A stretch of DNA of 64,000 bases from Candidatus Bipolaricaulota bacterium (GCA_035528115.1 DATKZF010000003.1:487089-551088), one strand, 5' to 3'; shown: positions 12,802 through 23,470, counted from the first letter of the stretch. A program made the numbers and translations. The notes: generated from the letters alone by a model not told the origin.

Positions 12802-13046
12802 TTTCCTCCATAGCGGAAAGTTTACCTTTCCGCTTTTTTGTCCATTAAAAAAATTGAGAGCGGAGCGTTTTGCCTGGCAACAGGCGAGTTTTTCGTTGGA
12901 TTTGAATTTTGTTTTGGTTTAGGTCATTTTATTCCCTAAACCAGCGGAAAGCTTGCCTTTCCGCTCTGTTCGCCTTATAGTCGGCACTTGCTCGCCAAGG
13001 CCGCTGTTTGCTATAATGAAATGGCTTTATTCATCACCTAAAATTT

Positions 13047-13370
13047 ATGGAAAAACATTTTACTGACGTCAATTTCGAAGATGAAGTTTTGAAATACGAA
13101 GGCCCGGTTTTAGTCGATTTTTTCGCTGAATGGTGCGGCCCGTGCAAGATGCAAGGCCCGATAATCGATGAATTGGAACAAGAAATGGATGGCAAGGCCG
13201 TTAAAATAGGCAAAATGGACGTGGACGCCAATCCCAAAACCGCGGAAAAATACGGAATTATGAGCATTCCGACTTTGATGATTTTTGTGAACGGCGAAGT
13301 CAAAGAAACCATGAACGGAGTGCACAATAAAGAAGATTTAAAAGGTAAATTGCAGAGTTTGCTTAAATAA
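13047..13370 (+). CDS. trxA: Thioredoxin
   Basis: WCGPC active site. Confidence 0.97.
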   Translation: MEKHFTDVNFEDEVLKYEGPVLVDFFAEWCGPCKMQGPIIDELEQEMDGKAVKIGKMDVDANPKTAEKYGIMSIPTLMIFVNGEVKETMNGVHNKEDLKGKLQSLLK

Positions 13371-13373
13371 AAT

Positions 13374-14354
13374 ATGGAAAACGAACAATACGATGTCATA
13401 ATAATCGGCGCGGGCGCGGCCGGTCTGACCGCGGCGATTTACGCGGGCAGAAGAGAGCTGAAAACCCTTGTTTTGACCAAAGACATCGGCGGCCAAGCCG
13501 CGATTACCGATGAGATTGAAAATTGGCCGGGAGAGATGTCCATTTTGGGCCCGGCGCTGATGGAGAAAATTAAAAACCAGGCTGAAAAATGGGGAGCTAA
13601 AATTGAATTTGACGAAGTTTCGAAAATAGAAAAAACCGGAGAATTTTTCACCGTTAAAACCGGCAGAGGAGAATTTTTAGGAACCGCGGTGATCCTGTGT
13701 TTTGGTTTGTCTCATCGGCGGCTGGGTATTCCCGGAGAAAAGGAGTTTGTCGGTAAGGGAGTGTCTTTTTGCGCCACCTGCGACGGCCCGCTTTTTCGAA
13801 ACAAGACGGTGGCCATAGCCGGCGGCGGCAATTCCGCCTTGGACGCGGCCGAATATTTGGCCAGGTTGGCGGAGAAGGTTTACATTATCATCAGAAAGGA
13901 CAGCTTCAGTGAGCGAGCGGAAACCGTCGCGGCTGACACAATCGCTGAATTGGAAAAACAAGGTAAAATCGAAATGAGATGGAATACGGACGTCAAAGAA
14001 ATCAAGGGCGATAAAACGGTCAAATCAATCATGCTTGAAAATACCAAGAGCGGCCAAGTCGAAGAACTGCCGATCAATGGAATATTCGTGGAGGTCGGCA
14101 TGATCCCGCAGACAAAGGCCATTGAAGGTTTGGTTGATTTGGACGAGCGCGGTCAGATTGTCATTGACCAAGCTTGCCAAACCAGCGCGCCCGGCATTTT
14201 CGCGGCCGGCGACGTCACCTGCAGTCCATACAAACAACTGGTTACTTCAGCGGGAGAAGGCGCCAAAGCGGCTTTGTCCGCTTACGCTTATTTGCGAAAG
14301 GCCAAAGGCGGACATGAGGGATCGTTGAGGGATTATAAGATGAAGAAAAAATAG
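13374..14354 (+). CDS. trxB: Thioredoxin reductase
   Basis: GAGAAG, CATCDG, GGGNSA motifs. Confidence 0.96.
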   Translation: MENEQYDVIIIGAGAAGLTAAIYAGRRELKTLVLTKDIGGQAAITDEIENWPGEMSILGPALMEKIKNQAEKWGAKIEFDEVSKIEKTGEFFTVKTGRGEFLGTAVILCFGLSHRRLGIPGEKEFVGKGVSFCATCDGPLFRNKTVAIAGGGNSALDAAEYLARLAEKVYIIIRKDSFSERAETVAADTIAELEKQGKIEMRWNTDVKEIKGDKTVKSIMLENTKSGQVEELPINGIFVEVGMIPQTKAIEGLVDLDERGQIVIDQACQTSAPGIFAAGDVTCSPYKQLVTSAGEGAKAALSAYAYLRKAKGGHEGSLRDYKMKKK

Positions 14355-14417
14355 AGGTCATGGAAATACGGATGATTACGAGTTATATGGCATTATAAAA
14401 ACACCTAATTCACTATT

Positions 14418-14972
14418 ATGAAAGCGACAATACTACTTATCACCATAATCTTCCTCTTAACCGGCTGTAGTCAGAATAATGAAAATGTCATGCAAGTGGA
14501 TGAAACCCCCGATGTCCAAAGAGTCGTTTTGGATGAAACAAAGGCACCAAACACATACAATGACGAAGAATTAAATATTTCTTTTGAATTTCCATTAAAT
14601 TGGGAAATATATACACAAGAAAACGAGGAACACACTGTTTATTTTGAGCCTGAGGGTGATTACAATAGAACTATAATCTTTGATTATCAATCCGAAAGTT
14701 TTGACGAATACGAGAGGAGGGGCAATGTCGGTAAACCACCAAAAGCAGAGGATTACACGGAAGACTACCTGGTAAACTTCACGGAGAAATTAGCAGAAGA
14801 GATGTATTTCGCAGACAACCCAAACTATCCAGCTAGAATGTATCAAGGATTCGAGTCAGTCAAATACATAATAAAAATTGATGAAAAACACGTCATGTTT
14901 CGTCGAGAATATTGGTTGAACCAACAGGAAGAACAAGATCTAGTAGAAATATTAAATTCCCTTTCTTTCTAG
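14418..14972 (+). CDS. Hypothetical lipoprotein (gene-cassette-like)
   Basis: Lipobox LTGC; AT-rich atypical codon usage; bounded by GTTATAT and ATATAAC. Confidence 0.75.
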   Translation: MKATILLITIIFLLTGCSQNNENVMQVDETPDVQRVVLDETKAPNTYNDEELNISFEFPLNWEIYTQENEEHTVYFEPEGDYNRTIIFDYQSESFDEYERRGNVGKPPKAEDYTEDYLVNFTEKLAEEMYFADNPNYPARMYQGFESVKYIIKIDEKHVMFRREYWLNQQEEQDLVEILNSLSF

Positions 14973-14988
14973 TAGTTTTTATAACACG

Positions 14989-15132
14989 ATATAACAGCAT
15001 ATAACTGGCTCACTCTTGGTGCTGTTCTGACGAAAAATTGTAATACCAACGTTCGCGTAAATGCTTCGGCGGTGAGTCGCTGTCGCTCTATATTATACCG
15101 CCTCGCACTTCAGCTATACGCAAACGTCAGCT
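14989..15132 (+). mobile_element. attC-like recombination site
   Basis: ATATAAC...GCATATAACTG pairs imperfectly with CAGCTATACGC-AAAC-GTCAGCT; internal palindromes. Confidence 0.55.
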
Positions 15133-15169
15133 GAAATTGTGAAACATTTTATTCATTCACCAAACTCAT

Positions 15170-15580
15170 ATGAAAAAAACAGTAAGTCAATCATTGGTTT
15201 TTCTTTCCGGAGTAATCATCCTTGTTCTGGGAGGACTTAATATCCTGGCCTGGATTATTCTATTCAATGTAATTCAATCAATAAAAACACCCCCGCAATT
15301 CCTCATACCAATTTTAGAGGCCCTTATGGACGCATTAAAACATCCATTTCAAATAGTAATTTTATTACTAACCATGGTTTTAGGCATTGTTTTGGTGATA
15401 GCTTCAAAGAAAATGAAAAAGCCCGAAAAACTATTTCATTGGTCAGTGGCAGCACTAGTCATGGGATTAATCATACTTTTTGAGTTAAAAGGCGGGGGTA
15501 TTTTCGGTGGAATCACTGCCGGCATATTAAGCAGCGCAGGTGGAATATTTGGTTTAATTGAATCAACAAAAAAGACGTAG
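15170..15580 (+). CDS. Hypothetical 4-TM membrane protein (second cassette-like gene)
   Basis: Hydrophobic ORF directly after the attC-like site, AT-rich. Confidence 0.7.
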   Translation: MKKTVSQSLVFLSGVIILVLGGLNILAWIILFNVIQSIKTPPQFLIPILEALMDALKHPFQIVILLLTMVLGIVLVIASKKMKKPEKLFHWSVAALVMGLIILFELKGGGIFGGITAGILSSAGGIFGLIESTKKT

Positions 15581-15717
15581 AAATACACGGCTTCAAAAAA
15601 CCGGGATAATTGATGGGAAGCGTGGATTAAAATATTAAATAAAAAATTAATTGAAAAGATTACAAATTTTATCTCGTACAATCCGTACGCAAAATCTTGT
15701 AAATCTTGTAACTAAAT

Positions 15718-16953
15718 ATGAACGCTTTTGAGAACGCCATGAAGCAGCTCGATAACGCCGCGCAAACGATAAATTTGGACAAAGATGTTCACGAAATGCT
15801 GAAAAGACCGCAAAAGACCATTGAGGTGAATTTGCCCGTGAGAATGGATGACAGTTCGTTGAAGTTTTTTGACGGTTATCGCGTGCAATACAATAATTGG
15901 CGCGGACCTTACAAAGGCGGCATCAGATATTTTCCACAGGTTGATTTGAATGAAGTGAAAGCTTTGTCTTTTTGGATGACCATAAAATGCGCGGTTTTGG
16001 ACATACCATTTGGCGGCGGCAAAGGCGGCGTGACCGTTGACCCCAAGAAATTGTCAGAAAAAGAATTGGAAAGTTTAAGCCGAGCATATATAAGAGCGAT
16101 TTATAATGACGTGGGTCCGGACAAAGACGTGCCCGCGCCCGATGTTTACACCACCCCGCAAATCATGGCTTGGATGACTGATGAATTTTCGAAAATAAAA
16201 GGCGAAGCGACTCCCGGTGTAATTACCGGAAAACCCATTGAAGCCGGCGGCTCGGCCGGACGCGACACGGCCACGGCTCAAGGCGGCTATTATCTCTTGA
16301 AGCATTTTATGGAAATGGAACAAAGAGAGCCGCAAAATCAGACCGTGGCCATTCAAGGCTTCGGCAATGCCGGTTCGGTCATGACTCAGTTATGCGAAAA
16401 AGACGGCTTAAAAGTGGTGGCGGTTTCCGACTCTCAAGGCGGAATTTTCAAAGCCGACGGCTTGGATATTTCAAAAGTCATTGAACATAAAGGGAAAAAC
16501 GGTTCGGTCCAAAATTTCGAAGGCGCGCAAAATATTTCAAATGAAGAATTGCTTGAACTTGATGTCCAATTTTTAATTCCGGCCGCTTTGGAAAATCAAA
16601 TCACCAAAGACAATGTCGATAGGATAAAAGCCAAAGCGATTTTGGAATTAGCCAACGGACCGATCGCGCCCGAGGCTGACGTGGCCTTATTCGAAAGAGG
16701 CATTAAGGTCATTCCCGATGTCCTGGCCAACGCCGGCGGAGTGACCGTTTCCTATTTCGAATGGTATCAGAACACGCATAATGAAAAATGGACGCGCGAA
16801 GAGGTTTTTGAAAAATTGAAACCGAAGATGATTGATAATTTCACGCAAGTTATCGAGCGATCGGAAAAATATCAAATTGATTATAGAAGAGCGGCGTTTG
16901 TTTTGGCGCTGGAGAGGCTGCAAGAATCCTGTAACATGAATCATGAAGCATAG
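15718..16953 (+). CDS. gdhA: Glu/Leu/Phe/Val dehydrogenase (glutamate dehydrogenase)
   Basis: GPYKGGIR, GGGKGG, DVPAPD, QGFGNAG. Confidence 0.93.
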   Translation: MNAFENAMKQLDNAAQTINLDKDVHEMLKRPQKTIEVNLPVRMDDSSLKFFDGYRVQYNNWRGPYKGGIRYFPQVDLNEVKALSFWMTIKCAVLDIPFGGGKGGVTVDPKKLSEKELESLSRAYIRAIYNDVGPDKDVPAPDVYTTPQIMAWMTDEFSKIKGEATPGVITGKPIEAGGSAGRDTATAQGGYYLLKHFMEMEQREPQNQTVAIQGFGNAGSVMTQLCEKDGLKVVAVSDSQGGIFKADGLDISKVIEHKGKNGSVQNFEGAQNISNEELLELDVQFLIPAALENQITKDNVDRIKAKAILELANGPIAPEADVALFERGIKVIPDVLANAGGVTVSYFEWYQNTHNEKWTREEVFEKLKPKMIDNFTQVIERSEKYQIDYRRAAFVLALERLQESCNMNHEA

Positions 16954-17126
16954 TTACGAATTACAATTATCTAGTAGGCCGATTAATATATGTTACAAAT
17001 TACATTCATCAATAGTTTTAAGCCTGAGAATCTTGTGATTCGTAACAATCGCTTGAAAGCTAAATAGTCGATTGTAATACGTAACAAATAACCTAAAAGC
17101 TAAATAGAATTTTGTAATTCGTAACA
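16953..17126. repeat. AT-rich repeat element with ~40-bp tandem units (TTGTAATTCGTAACAA core); inverted homolog at ~40470-40560
   Basis: Three core copies with similar intervening sequence; reverse-complement match to the trpS-rnj spacer. Confidence 0.75.
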
Positions 17127-17144
17127 AATCACTAATTTCATTAA

Positions 17145-17762
17145 ATGCATTACGAACTAATACTTCAAAAAAAAGGATATCACTTCATCGCCGGCATTGA
17201 TGAAGCCGGACGAGGGGCCTGGGCGGGCCCCTTGTTTGTCGGCGCCGTGATTTTGCCGCTGGGCGAATTGAAAAAATTCAAAGGCGTCGGGGATTCGAAA
17301 AAATTGACCGCGGAAAAAAGAGAAATTTGCGCCAAAACAATAAAAAAATATTGCGTGGCCTGGGCGATCGGCAGGGTCGAGTCCGGTGAAATCGATTCAT
17401 TGGGACTTCAAAACGCTCATTTGCTGGCGGTCGAAAGAGCGGTATTGGGGCTGGGCATCATGCCCGATTATGTGTTGGTTGACCGCATCGCCAAAGTGAA
17501 ATTTCCCATGCCTTTTGAAAACGTGATTAAAGGCGATGATAAATTCATTTCCGTGGGCGCGGCTTCGATTATGGCCAAGGTGGAAAGAGACGCTGAAATG
17601 AGCGAGCTGGAAAATAAATATCCCAATTATCATTTTAAAGAGCATAAAGGTTATGGCACAGGAGAGCACATGGACGAAATAGCCAAATTCGGCTTGTGCG
17701 ACCTTCATCGACGCTTGTTTTCCCCGATTAAGGAAATAGATAAAAAAATGCAGTTGTTTTAA
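17145..17762 (+). CDS. rnhB: Ribonuclease HII
   Basis: GIDEAGRG, DSKKL, IKGD, HKGYGT. Confidence 0.97.
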   Translation: MHYELILQKKGYHFIAGIDEAGRGAWAGPLFVGAVILPLGELKKFKGVGDSKKLTAEKREICAKTIKKYCVAWAIGRVESGEIDSLGLQNAHLLAVERAVLGLGIMPDYVLVDRIAKVKFPMPFENVIKGDDKFISVGAASIMAKVERDAEMSELENKYPNYHFKEHKGYGTGEHMDEIAKFGLCDLHRRLFSPIKEIDKKMQLF

Positions 17763-17854
17763 TGATTTGCTGTTGCTTGGACTTGACAAGAAACAAAACC
17801 GGTGTTAATATATCGACGTCATTTCACATCTCACAATTTGCGTGGAGGTGGCAG

Positions 17855-18274
17855 ATGTCCGATGACAGAAAATTCGAGGAGGCTTTCCCGGGAAGCTATG
17901 GACACTCGCAGCTCGATGAGGAGATTCCGAGCCAAGGTTCGGATCCCGAGTCCATGCTGCTTCAGGGCGGCCGAGAGCTTCGCCTTGACATGATCGGTGA
18001 TGAACTGGTCAGAAGGCTGACGCCGCGGGAGGAAAAGATCCTGCGCATGCGGTTCGGCATCGGCGAGGACGATGAGTCTCCGCTGAAGGACAAGGACATG
18101 TCGGAGGAAACTCGACGGCGCGTGGAATTGATCGAGCAGAAGTCGTTGAGGAATCCCCGCCATCCCTGCCAGAAGAATCAAGCCGAAGCTCGTCGCCGAG
18201 TGCTTGAGCTTTTGGCGAAATCCCGGCGCGATCTCCGCGCAGTTGTCGACATCGAAGAAGAAGCCGTGGGCTAG
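17855..18274 (+). CDS. Small protein with a sigma-70 region 4-like segment
   Basis: LTPREEKILRMRFGIGE...TRRRVELIEQKSLRNPRHP; GGAGG SD; TTGACA-17-TAATAT promoter. Confidence 0.75.
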   Translation: MSDDRKFEEAFPGSYGHSQLDEEIPSQGSDPESMLLQGGRELRLDMIGDELVRRLTPREEKILRMRFGIGEDDESPLKDKDMSEETRRRVELIEQKSLRNPRHPCQKNQAEARRRVLELLAKSRRDLRAVVDIEEEAVG

Positions 18275-18421
18275 CAAGCACAGTTGTTAGCCTCTCAAGG
18301 ACTCGAAATCGGGTCCTTTTAAAATTGTTTTAAGCCTTGAAAAAAAGGGTTGATTGGGATAGAATGTTAATGTTGGGTTACAAATTACAAATGAAGACGA
18401 ATAACACAAATGGTTACAAAT

Positions 18422-18805
18422 ATGCCTAATGATAAGGTCATATATCCGGAATTGAGTTATCAAATAGTCGGAATTTTGTTCGACGTGCACAATGAGATTG
18501 GAGGCAAAGTGAGCGAGAAAGTTATTTCGCGGGCAATCGCGTCGGATTTGGATAACTGTCATCTCAAGTATGAAAAAGAAATACAGGTCCCCGTTTTCTA
18601 CAAAGGAAAGCAGATTGGATATTATTTTCTTGATTTCTTAATAGAGGGGAAAATTGTGCTGGAAATAAAAAAGGGCTTTCGATTCGCAAATAAAGATTTT
18701 GATCAAATACATGATTATTTGCAGTCAACCGGTTTGAAATTGGGCATCTTGGCGATATTTTCGGACACAAAAGTAAAATTCAGAAGAATACTAAACGAGT
18801 ATTAA
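18422..18805 (+). CDS. GxxExxY family protein (PD-(D/E)xK-like)
   Basis: FDVHNEIGG..SEK, YFLDFLIEGKIVLEIK, YLQSTGLKLGIL. Confidence 0.9.
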   Translation: MPNDKVIYPELSYQIVGILFDVHNEIGGKVSEKVISRAIASDLDNCHLKYEKEIQVPVFYKGKQIGYYFLDFLIEGKIVLEIKKGFRFANKDFDQIHDYLQSTGLKLGILAIFSDTKVKFRRILNEY

Positions 18806-18876
18806 TTTTTATTAAACAATGAATACAAATTTGTATTCATTTGTAACATTTGTACGGATTTGTAATTTGTAACCTT

Positions 18877-21279
18877 ATGAAAAAGTATAATCATCAAAAA
18901 ATCGAAAAAAAATGGCAAGACTTATGGGAAGAAAAAGAGGTCTTTCAGGCTTTGGATTTTGATAAAACCGACAAGCCCAAATATTATTGTCTGATAGAAT
19001 TTCCTTATCCGTCAGGCCAGGGACTTCACGTGGGTCATCCGAGAAGCTACACGGCCATGGATGTCATTGTCAGAAAGAAAAGAATGGAAGGCTATAATGT
19101 TTTATTTCCCATCGGCTGGGACGCTTTTGGTTTGCCCACGGAAAATTACGCCATCAAGACGGGCATTCATCCGAAGCTGGCCACCTCGCAAAACATTAAA
19201 AGATTCACTCAGCAAATCAAAAGTCTGGGCTTGAGTTTTGACTGGTCAAGGGAAATAAACACCACCGATCCCAAATATTACAAATGGACGCAGTGGATTT
19301 TTTTGAAACTTTACGAAAACGGTTTGGCTTATAAAAAGAAAATAGCCATCAATTGGTGCCCGTCATGCAAAATCGGTTTGGCCAATGAAGAAGTGATAGA
19401 CAACAAATGCGAGCGTTGCGGCCATCAGGTGGAAAGACGAGACATGGAGCAATGGCTTTTGAAGATCACCGAATACGCCGATCGTTTGATTGAAGATTTG
19501 TCCACCGTGGATTATCCCGAGAGCGTCAGATCCGCGCAGATCAATTGGATCGGCAGGAGCTATGGCGCGGAAGTGGATTTTAAAATCAAAGATTCGGATA
19601 AGAAAATAACGGTGTTCACGACCAGGCCGGACACGCTTTTCGGCGCCACCTACGTGGTGCTTTCGCCGGAGCATGAATTGGTTTCAAAAATAACGGCCAA
19701 GGCTCAAAAAGCCAAGGTCGAAAAATACCAATTGGCGGCCAGAAAGAAATCCGATTTGGAAAGAACCGAAACCGGCAAGGAAAAGACGGGCGTTTTCACC
19801 GGCGCTTTTGCCATCAATCCGGTCAATGGAGAAGAATTGCCGATTTGGATCGCCGATTATGTTTTAGCCAATTACGGCACGGGCGCGATCATGGCCGTGC
19901 CGGCTCATGATGAGCGGGATTTTGAATTCGCGACCGCTTATAAATTGCCGATTGTGGAAGTGATTACAGGTGGAAATATAACCGAGCAAGCATACACGGG
20001 AGAGGGTGAATTAATCAATTCCGACTTTCTAAACGGTCTGACGGTCGAGGAAGCCAAAGACAAAATGATCGCTTGGTTGGAAAAAAACGAGGCCGGCAAG
20101 TACGCGGTCAATTATAAATTGAGAGATTGGGTTTTTTCGCGTCAACATTATTGGGGCGAGCCCATCCCGATCGTTTTTTGCAAAAAATGCGGGGAAGTGC
20201 CAATCCCGGAAAAAGATTTGCCCGTGGTTTTGCCCAAAGTCGATAATTACAAACCGACTGAGACCGGCGAGTCTCCCTTGGCGAATATTAAAGAATGGGT
20301 GAACGTCAAATGTCCGAAATGCGGCGGCCCAGCCAGAAGGGAAACTGACACCATGCCGAATTGGGCGGGCAGTTCCTGGTATTTTTTACGCTATTGCGAT
20401 CCGAAAAACGATAAAGCTTTTGCCGATCCGGACAAATTGAAATATTGGCTGCCCGTTGATTTGTACAACGGCGGCATGGAGCACACCACTTTGCATTTGC
20501 TGTATTCTCGATTTTGGCACAAATTTTTATACGATATTGGCCAAGTGCCGACTGCAGAACCGTACGCGGCGCGTCGCTCGCACGGCATGATTTTGGGCGA
20601 AGACGGCCAGAAAATGTCCAAATCCAGGGGCAATGTCATTAATCCTGATGGAATTATCAAAGAATACGGAGCTGATGTTTTGCGCGTTTATGAAATGTTT
20701 ATGGGGCCGTACGGCCAGGCCATTTCCTGGTCAACCAGCGGTCTTAACGGCGCGCGCCGATTTTTGGATCGGGTCTATAATTTCAAAGCGTTCAAAAACA
20801 ACGGTCATGAAGATGATCCGAACACTTTGATGCTTTTGCATCAGACCATAAAAAAGGTCACCGAGGACATCGATAAAATGAGATTCAATACTTGCGTTTC
20901 CGCTCTGATGATTTTGCTCAATGATTTTGAAGAGAAAAAAGTCGTGTCCAAAGACACTTGGAAAAAATATCTGATTTTGCTCTCGCCGTTCGCCCCTCAT
21001 CTGGCCGAAGAGCTGTGGAGTGAAATGGGTGAGAAAAGATCGATTTGTTCCGTGGCTTGGCCGGAGTATGACAAGGATAAGATCGTGGAAGAAAAAGTGA
21101 AAATCGTGGTTCAGATCAATGGCAAGCTTAAAGTGAGTTTTGAGGCCGAGGCCGGCATCTCCGAAGATGAGGCCAAGGAAGACGCTTTGGGATTGGAAAA
21201 GGTCAAGCAGGCGCTTAAAGATAAAAAAATAAAGAAAACGATTTTCGTTAAGGATAGGTTGATCAATTTCGTGGTTTGA
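18877..21279 (+). CDS. leuS: Leucyl-tRNA synthetase
   Basis: [28 protein letters not shown]. Confidence 0.98.
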   Translation: MKKYNHQKIEKKWQDLWEEKEVFQALDFDKTDKPKYYCLIEFPYPSGQGLHVGHPRSYTAMDVIVRKKRMEGYNVLFPIGWDAFGLPTENYAIKTGIHPKLATSQNIKRFTQQIKSLGLSFDWSREINTTDPKYYKWTQWIFLKLYENGLAYKKKIAINWCPSCKIGLANEEVIDNKCERCGHQVERRDMEQWLLKITEYADRLIEDLSTVDYPESVRSAQINWIGRSYGAEVDFKIKDSDKKITVFTTRPDTLFGATYVVLSPEHELVSKITAKAQKAKVEKYQLAARKKSDLERTETGKEKTGVFTGAFAINPVNGEELPIWIADYVLANYGTGAIMAVPAHDERDFEFATAYKLPIVEVITGGNITEQAYTGEGELINSDFLNGLTVEEAKDKMIAWLEKNEAGKYAVNYKLRDWVFSRQHYWGEPIPIVFCKKCGEVPIPEKDLPVVLPKVDNYKPTETGESPLANIKEWVNVKCPKCGGPARRETDTMPNWAGSSWYFLRYCDPKNDKAFADPDKLKYWLPVDLYNGGMEHTTLHLLYSRFWHKFLYDIGQVPTAEPYAARRSHGMILGEDGQKMSKSRGNVINPDGIIKEYGADVLRVYEMFMGPYGQAISWSTSGLNGARRFLDRVYNFKAFKNNGHEDDPNTLMLLHQTIKKVTEDIDKMRFNTCVSALMILLNDFEEKKVVSKDTWKKYLILLSPFAPHLAEELWSEMGEKRSICSVAWPEYDKDKIVEEKVKIVVQINGKLKVSFEAEAGISEDEAKEDALGLEKVKQALKDKKIKKTIFVKDRLINFVV

Positions 21280-21337
21280 TTTTGAAATTTATTATTCAAT
21301 AATTGAAAAACGGTTTTTAAAAAACCGTTTTTGGGTG

Positions 21338-21385
21338 GAACCGCCATGCAGAGACGCGTCATGGCGCGTCTCTGCATGGCGGTTC
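21338..21385. repeat. REP-like palindrome (AGAGACGCGyCATGGCGCGTCTCT); related copies at 32617-32644 and 51581-51614
   Basis: Three near-identical intergenic palindromes, two with a GTAG foot. Confidence 0.8.
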
Positions 21386-21448
21386 TTTGTTTTCGTAAAT
21401 TTATGATAAAATAAAGTTGACTGATATTTTGTAAGTTTTTAGAAAATT

Positions 21449-22207
21449 ATGCAACTGATTCAAGATTTGCAAGCTCTGGGGTTAAATGACAAGGAGGCCA
21501 GAGTCTACGTATCCGCTTTGCAGCTCGGACTTGCCACGGTTCAAGATCTGGCCGAAAGCGCGGAAATCAACAGAACCACCACTTATAATCATGTGCGCAA
21601 TTTGATTGAGCGGGGTATGATTGTTTCCCATGAAAAGCAAGGCAAGATTTTTTTCGTGGCGGAAAAGCCTGAAAATTTTTACAAATTGATTGAGGCCAAA
21701 GAAGAAGAAATCAAAAAGCAGCAGCAAGTCTTTTTCGACATGCTGCCCGAGCTGAAGGCCTTGTATAATATTTCTCTGGAAAAACCCAAAATCAGACTTT
21801 TTGAAGGACTGGAAGGCTTGGAAGAAATGCAAAGGGACATTTTATACAGTCGCGAGCAAGTCATGTTCGGTTTTTATTGTTTGGATTTAGTCTTCGACGT
21901 TTTTCCCGATATTTACAAAAATTATTCCAAGCTCAGAGTTAAAGAAGGCATCAGGTCTAAAATCATTTACACCAAAAAGGCGGGGCAAATGTATTTCGAA
22001 GACGATGTCACGCGCCTGCGTGAGCGCAGGTTCGTGCCTTACGATTATTTTCCGTTTCAAAGCGACGTGACCATTTACGGTAATAAAATCGCGATCGCTT
22101 CGTTAAAAAACACATTGCACGGTATAATTATAAATAACGCGAAAATTGCGGAAAGCTTCAAACTTCTTTTTTCGCTGGCCTGGGAGGGCGCTAAAAAATA
22201 TAATTAA
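21449..22207 (+). CDS. TrmB-family transcriptional regulator
   Basis: N-terminal wHTH, KPKIRLFEGLEG, TIYGNKIA. Confidence 0.9.
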   Translation: MQLIQDLQALGLNDKEARVYVSALQLGLATVQDLAESAEINRTTTYNHVRNLIERGMIVSHEKQGKIFFVAEKPENFYKLIEAKEEEIKKQQQVFFDMLPELKALYNISLEKPKIRLFEGLEGLEEMQRDILYSREQVMFGFYCLDLVFDVFPDIYKNYSKLRVKEGIRSKIIYTKKAGQMYFEDDVTRLRERRFVPYDYFPFQSDVTIYGNKIAIASLKNTLHGIIINNAKIAESFKLLFSLAWEGAKKYN

Positions 22208-22224
22208 TATGGGCTGCGAATAAC

Positions 22225-22977
22225 ATGCACAAATTGAAAACACAATTGATGGAATTCGGACTTTTCGAAAAAGAAGCCGAAGCTTATTTGAAATTGTTGT
22301 CGGCCGGAGAAGCGAAAATCAGCGAATTGGCCGCTTCGCCGGATGTTCTCGGGAGTTTTTTGGTGGCTTTGGATTCATTGGCCGACAGAGAATTGATCTT
22401 AAAAAATAAAGTCGGAGATGTTTTTTATTATCAAGCCAAAGACCCGGAACATGTGCTGGCCAGTCTTCAAGAGAAAAAGGCCAGAGCCGAATTAAGCCGC
22501 GATAAAATCGACAAGGTGATGCTTAATTTGAATTGGCTTTATACTCAATCCGGAGGCAAGAAAGAAAAAGCGGCCGGAGTTTATCAAGGTTACGAAGGCG
22601 TGCTGGAAATCAGAAAAAAGATTTTTGAAAAAAAACACCAGAATATTTACAACATCACGTCGCTTCACCAATATTTGCCCAGAGCGCATGTGGAATCCAT
22701 GCTGGAGAACGTCAATGAATCTTATTTGGCCATTGTGCCCCAGCGCGATGAAAAATATTTGAAGGAATTGGACGGCTTAACCGGTAAAAATTCCAAATTA
22801 AAAATCAAACTCGCGCCTGACGCCATGTGGCCGGATAAATCGGAGGTTTTGATTTTTGGAGATTACGTCGCTTTCGGCGATATTGAAGATGAGCAAAGAT
22901 TCGTTTTAATTCAAAACGAACTGGTGGCGCAAAACATGAAAACCATGTTTGAAAATATGTGGAGCGATTTAAAATAA
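22225..22977 (+). CDS. TrmB-like regulator, degenerate HTH
   Basis: GLFEKEAEAYL, YQGYEGV, IFGDYVA; tandem paralog. Confidence 0.75.
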   Translation: MHKLKTQLMEFGLFEKEAEAYLKLLSAGEAKISELAASPDVLGSFLVALDSLADRELILKNKVGDVFYYQAKDPEHVLASLQEKKARAELSRDKIDKVMLNLNWLYTQSGGKKEKAAGVYQGYEGVLEIRKKIFEKKHQNIYNITSLHQYLPRAHVESMLENVNESYLAIVPQRDEKYLKELDGLTGKNSKLKIKLAPDAMWPDKSEVLIFGDYVAFGDIEDEQRFVLIQNELVAQNMKTMFENMWSDLK

Positions 22978-22980
22978 ATG

Positions 22981-23470
22981 TCCGGGAATCGTCTTTGGCG
23001 ATCCCCGGAATTGACGCGCGCCGAATTTGCGATTTCGGTAAAGGCCGCAGTGAAAGATTCCTTTCCCGCCCCCTTTCAGTGCCGGTACTTGGAACCTTTC
23101 GGGCACCAGATCGGTTGGGGTTTTAGCCCTGGTGGCTACCGGTTTTTGAATGCCAGCAGCACGCACAACCAATAGACGATCGCCACGCGCTTTGCGATTT
23201 CGCGTTTGCGGATGTCCATGGCGGTCCTTTCCCAGCCTCCGCCGGACAAGCCGGCGCTGCCCGCTCTAAAGCCGCCCTTGGGCGACGACTCGGCGGCCAC
23301 GTAGCGGGAGAGAGATTGTCTCTCCGGCGTACCGGTTAAGGCCTCCTTTCCGGCTTCGGTTGTGCGATTGGCAACTTTGCCCGGCACAACGGATTTTTCT
23401 GGGTCCATTCCTAGACCCTCAGGACCTCGGAGCTCACTTGAATCCTCCTGTCGATCTGGGCGCACGTGTC
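22981..23470 (-). ncRNA. Large structured RNA resembling group II intron domains I-III
   Basis: Starts GTGCGCCCAGATCG a few nt after TGnTATAAT (23485-23477); CCAGATCG/CGATCTGG encloses a ~350-nt multihelix domain; terminal hairpin 22981-23009. Confidence 0.6.

Noticed and set aside
17030-17126. CRISPR array (three TTGTAATTCGTAACAA cores at ~40-bp spacing)
   Set aside because: Intervening sequences are similar to each other, repeats are short and degenerate, and there are no cas genes. It is a tandem repeat.
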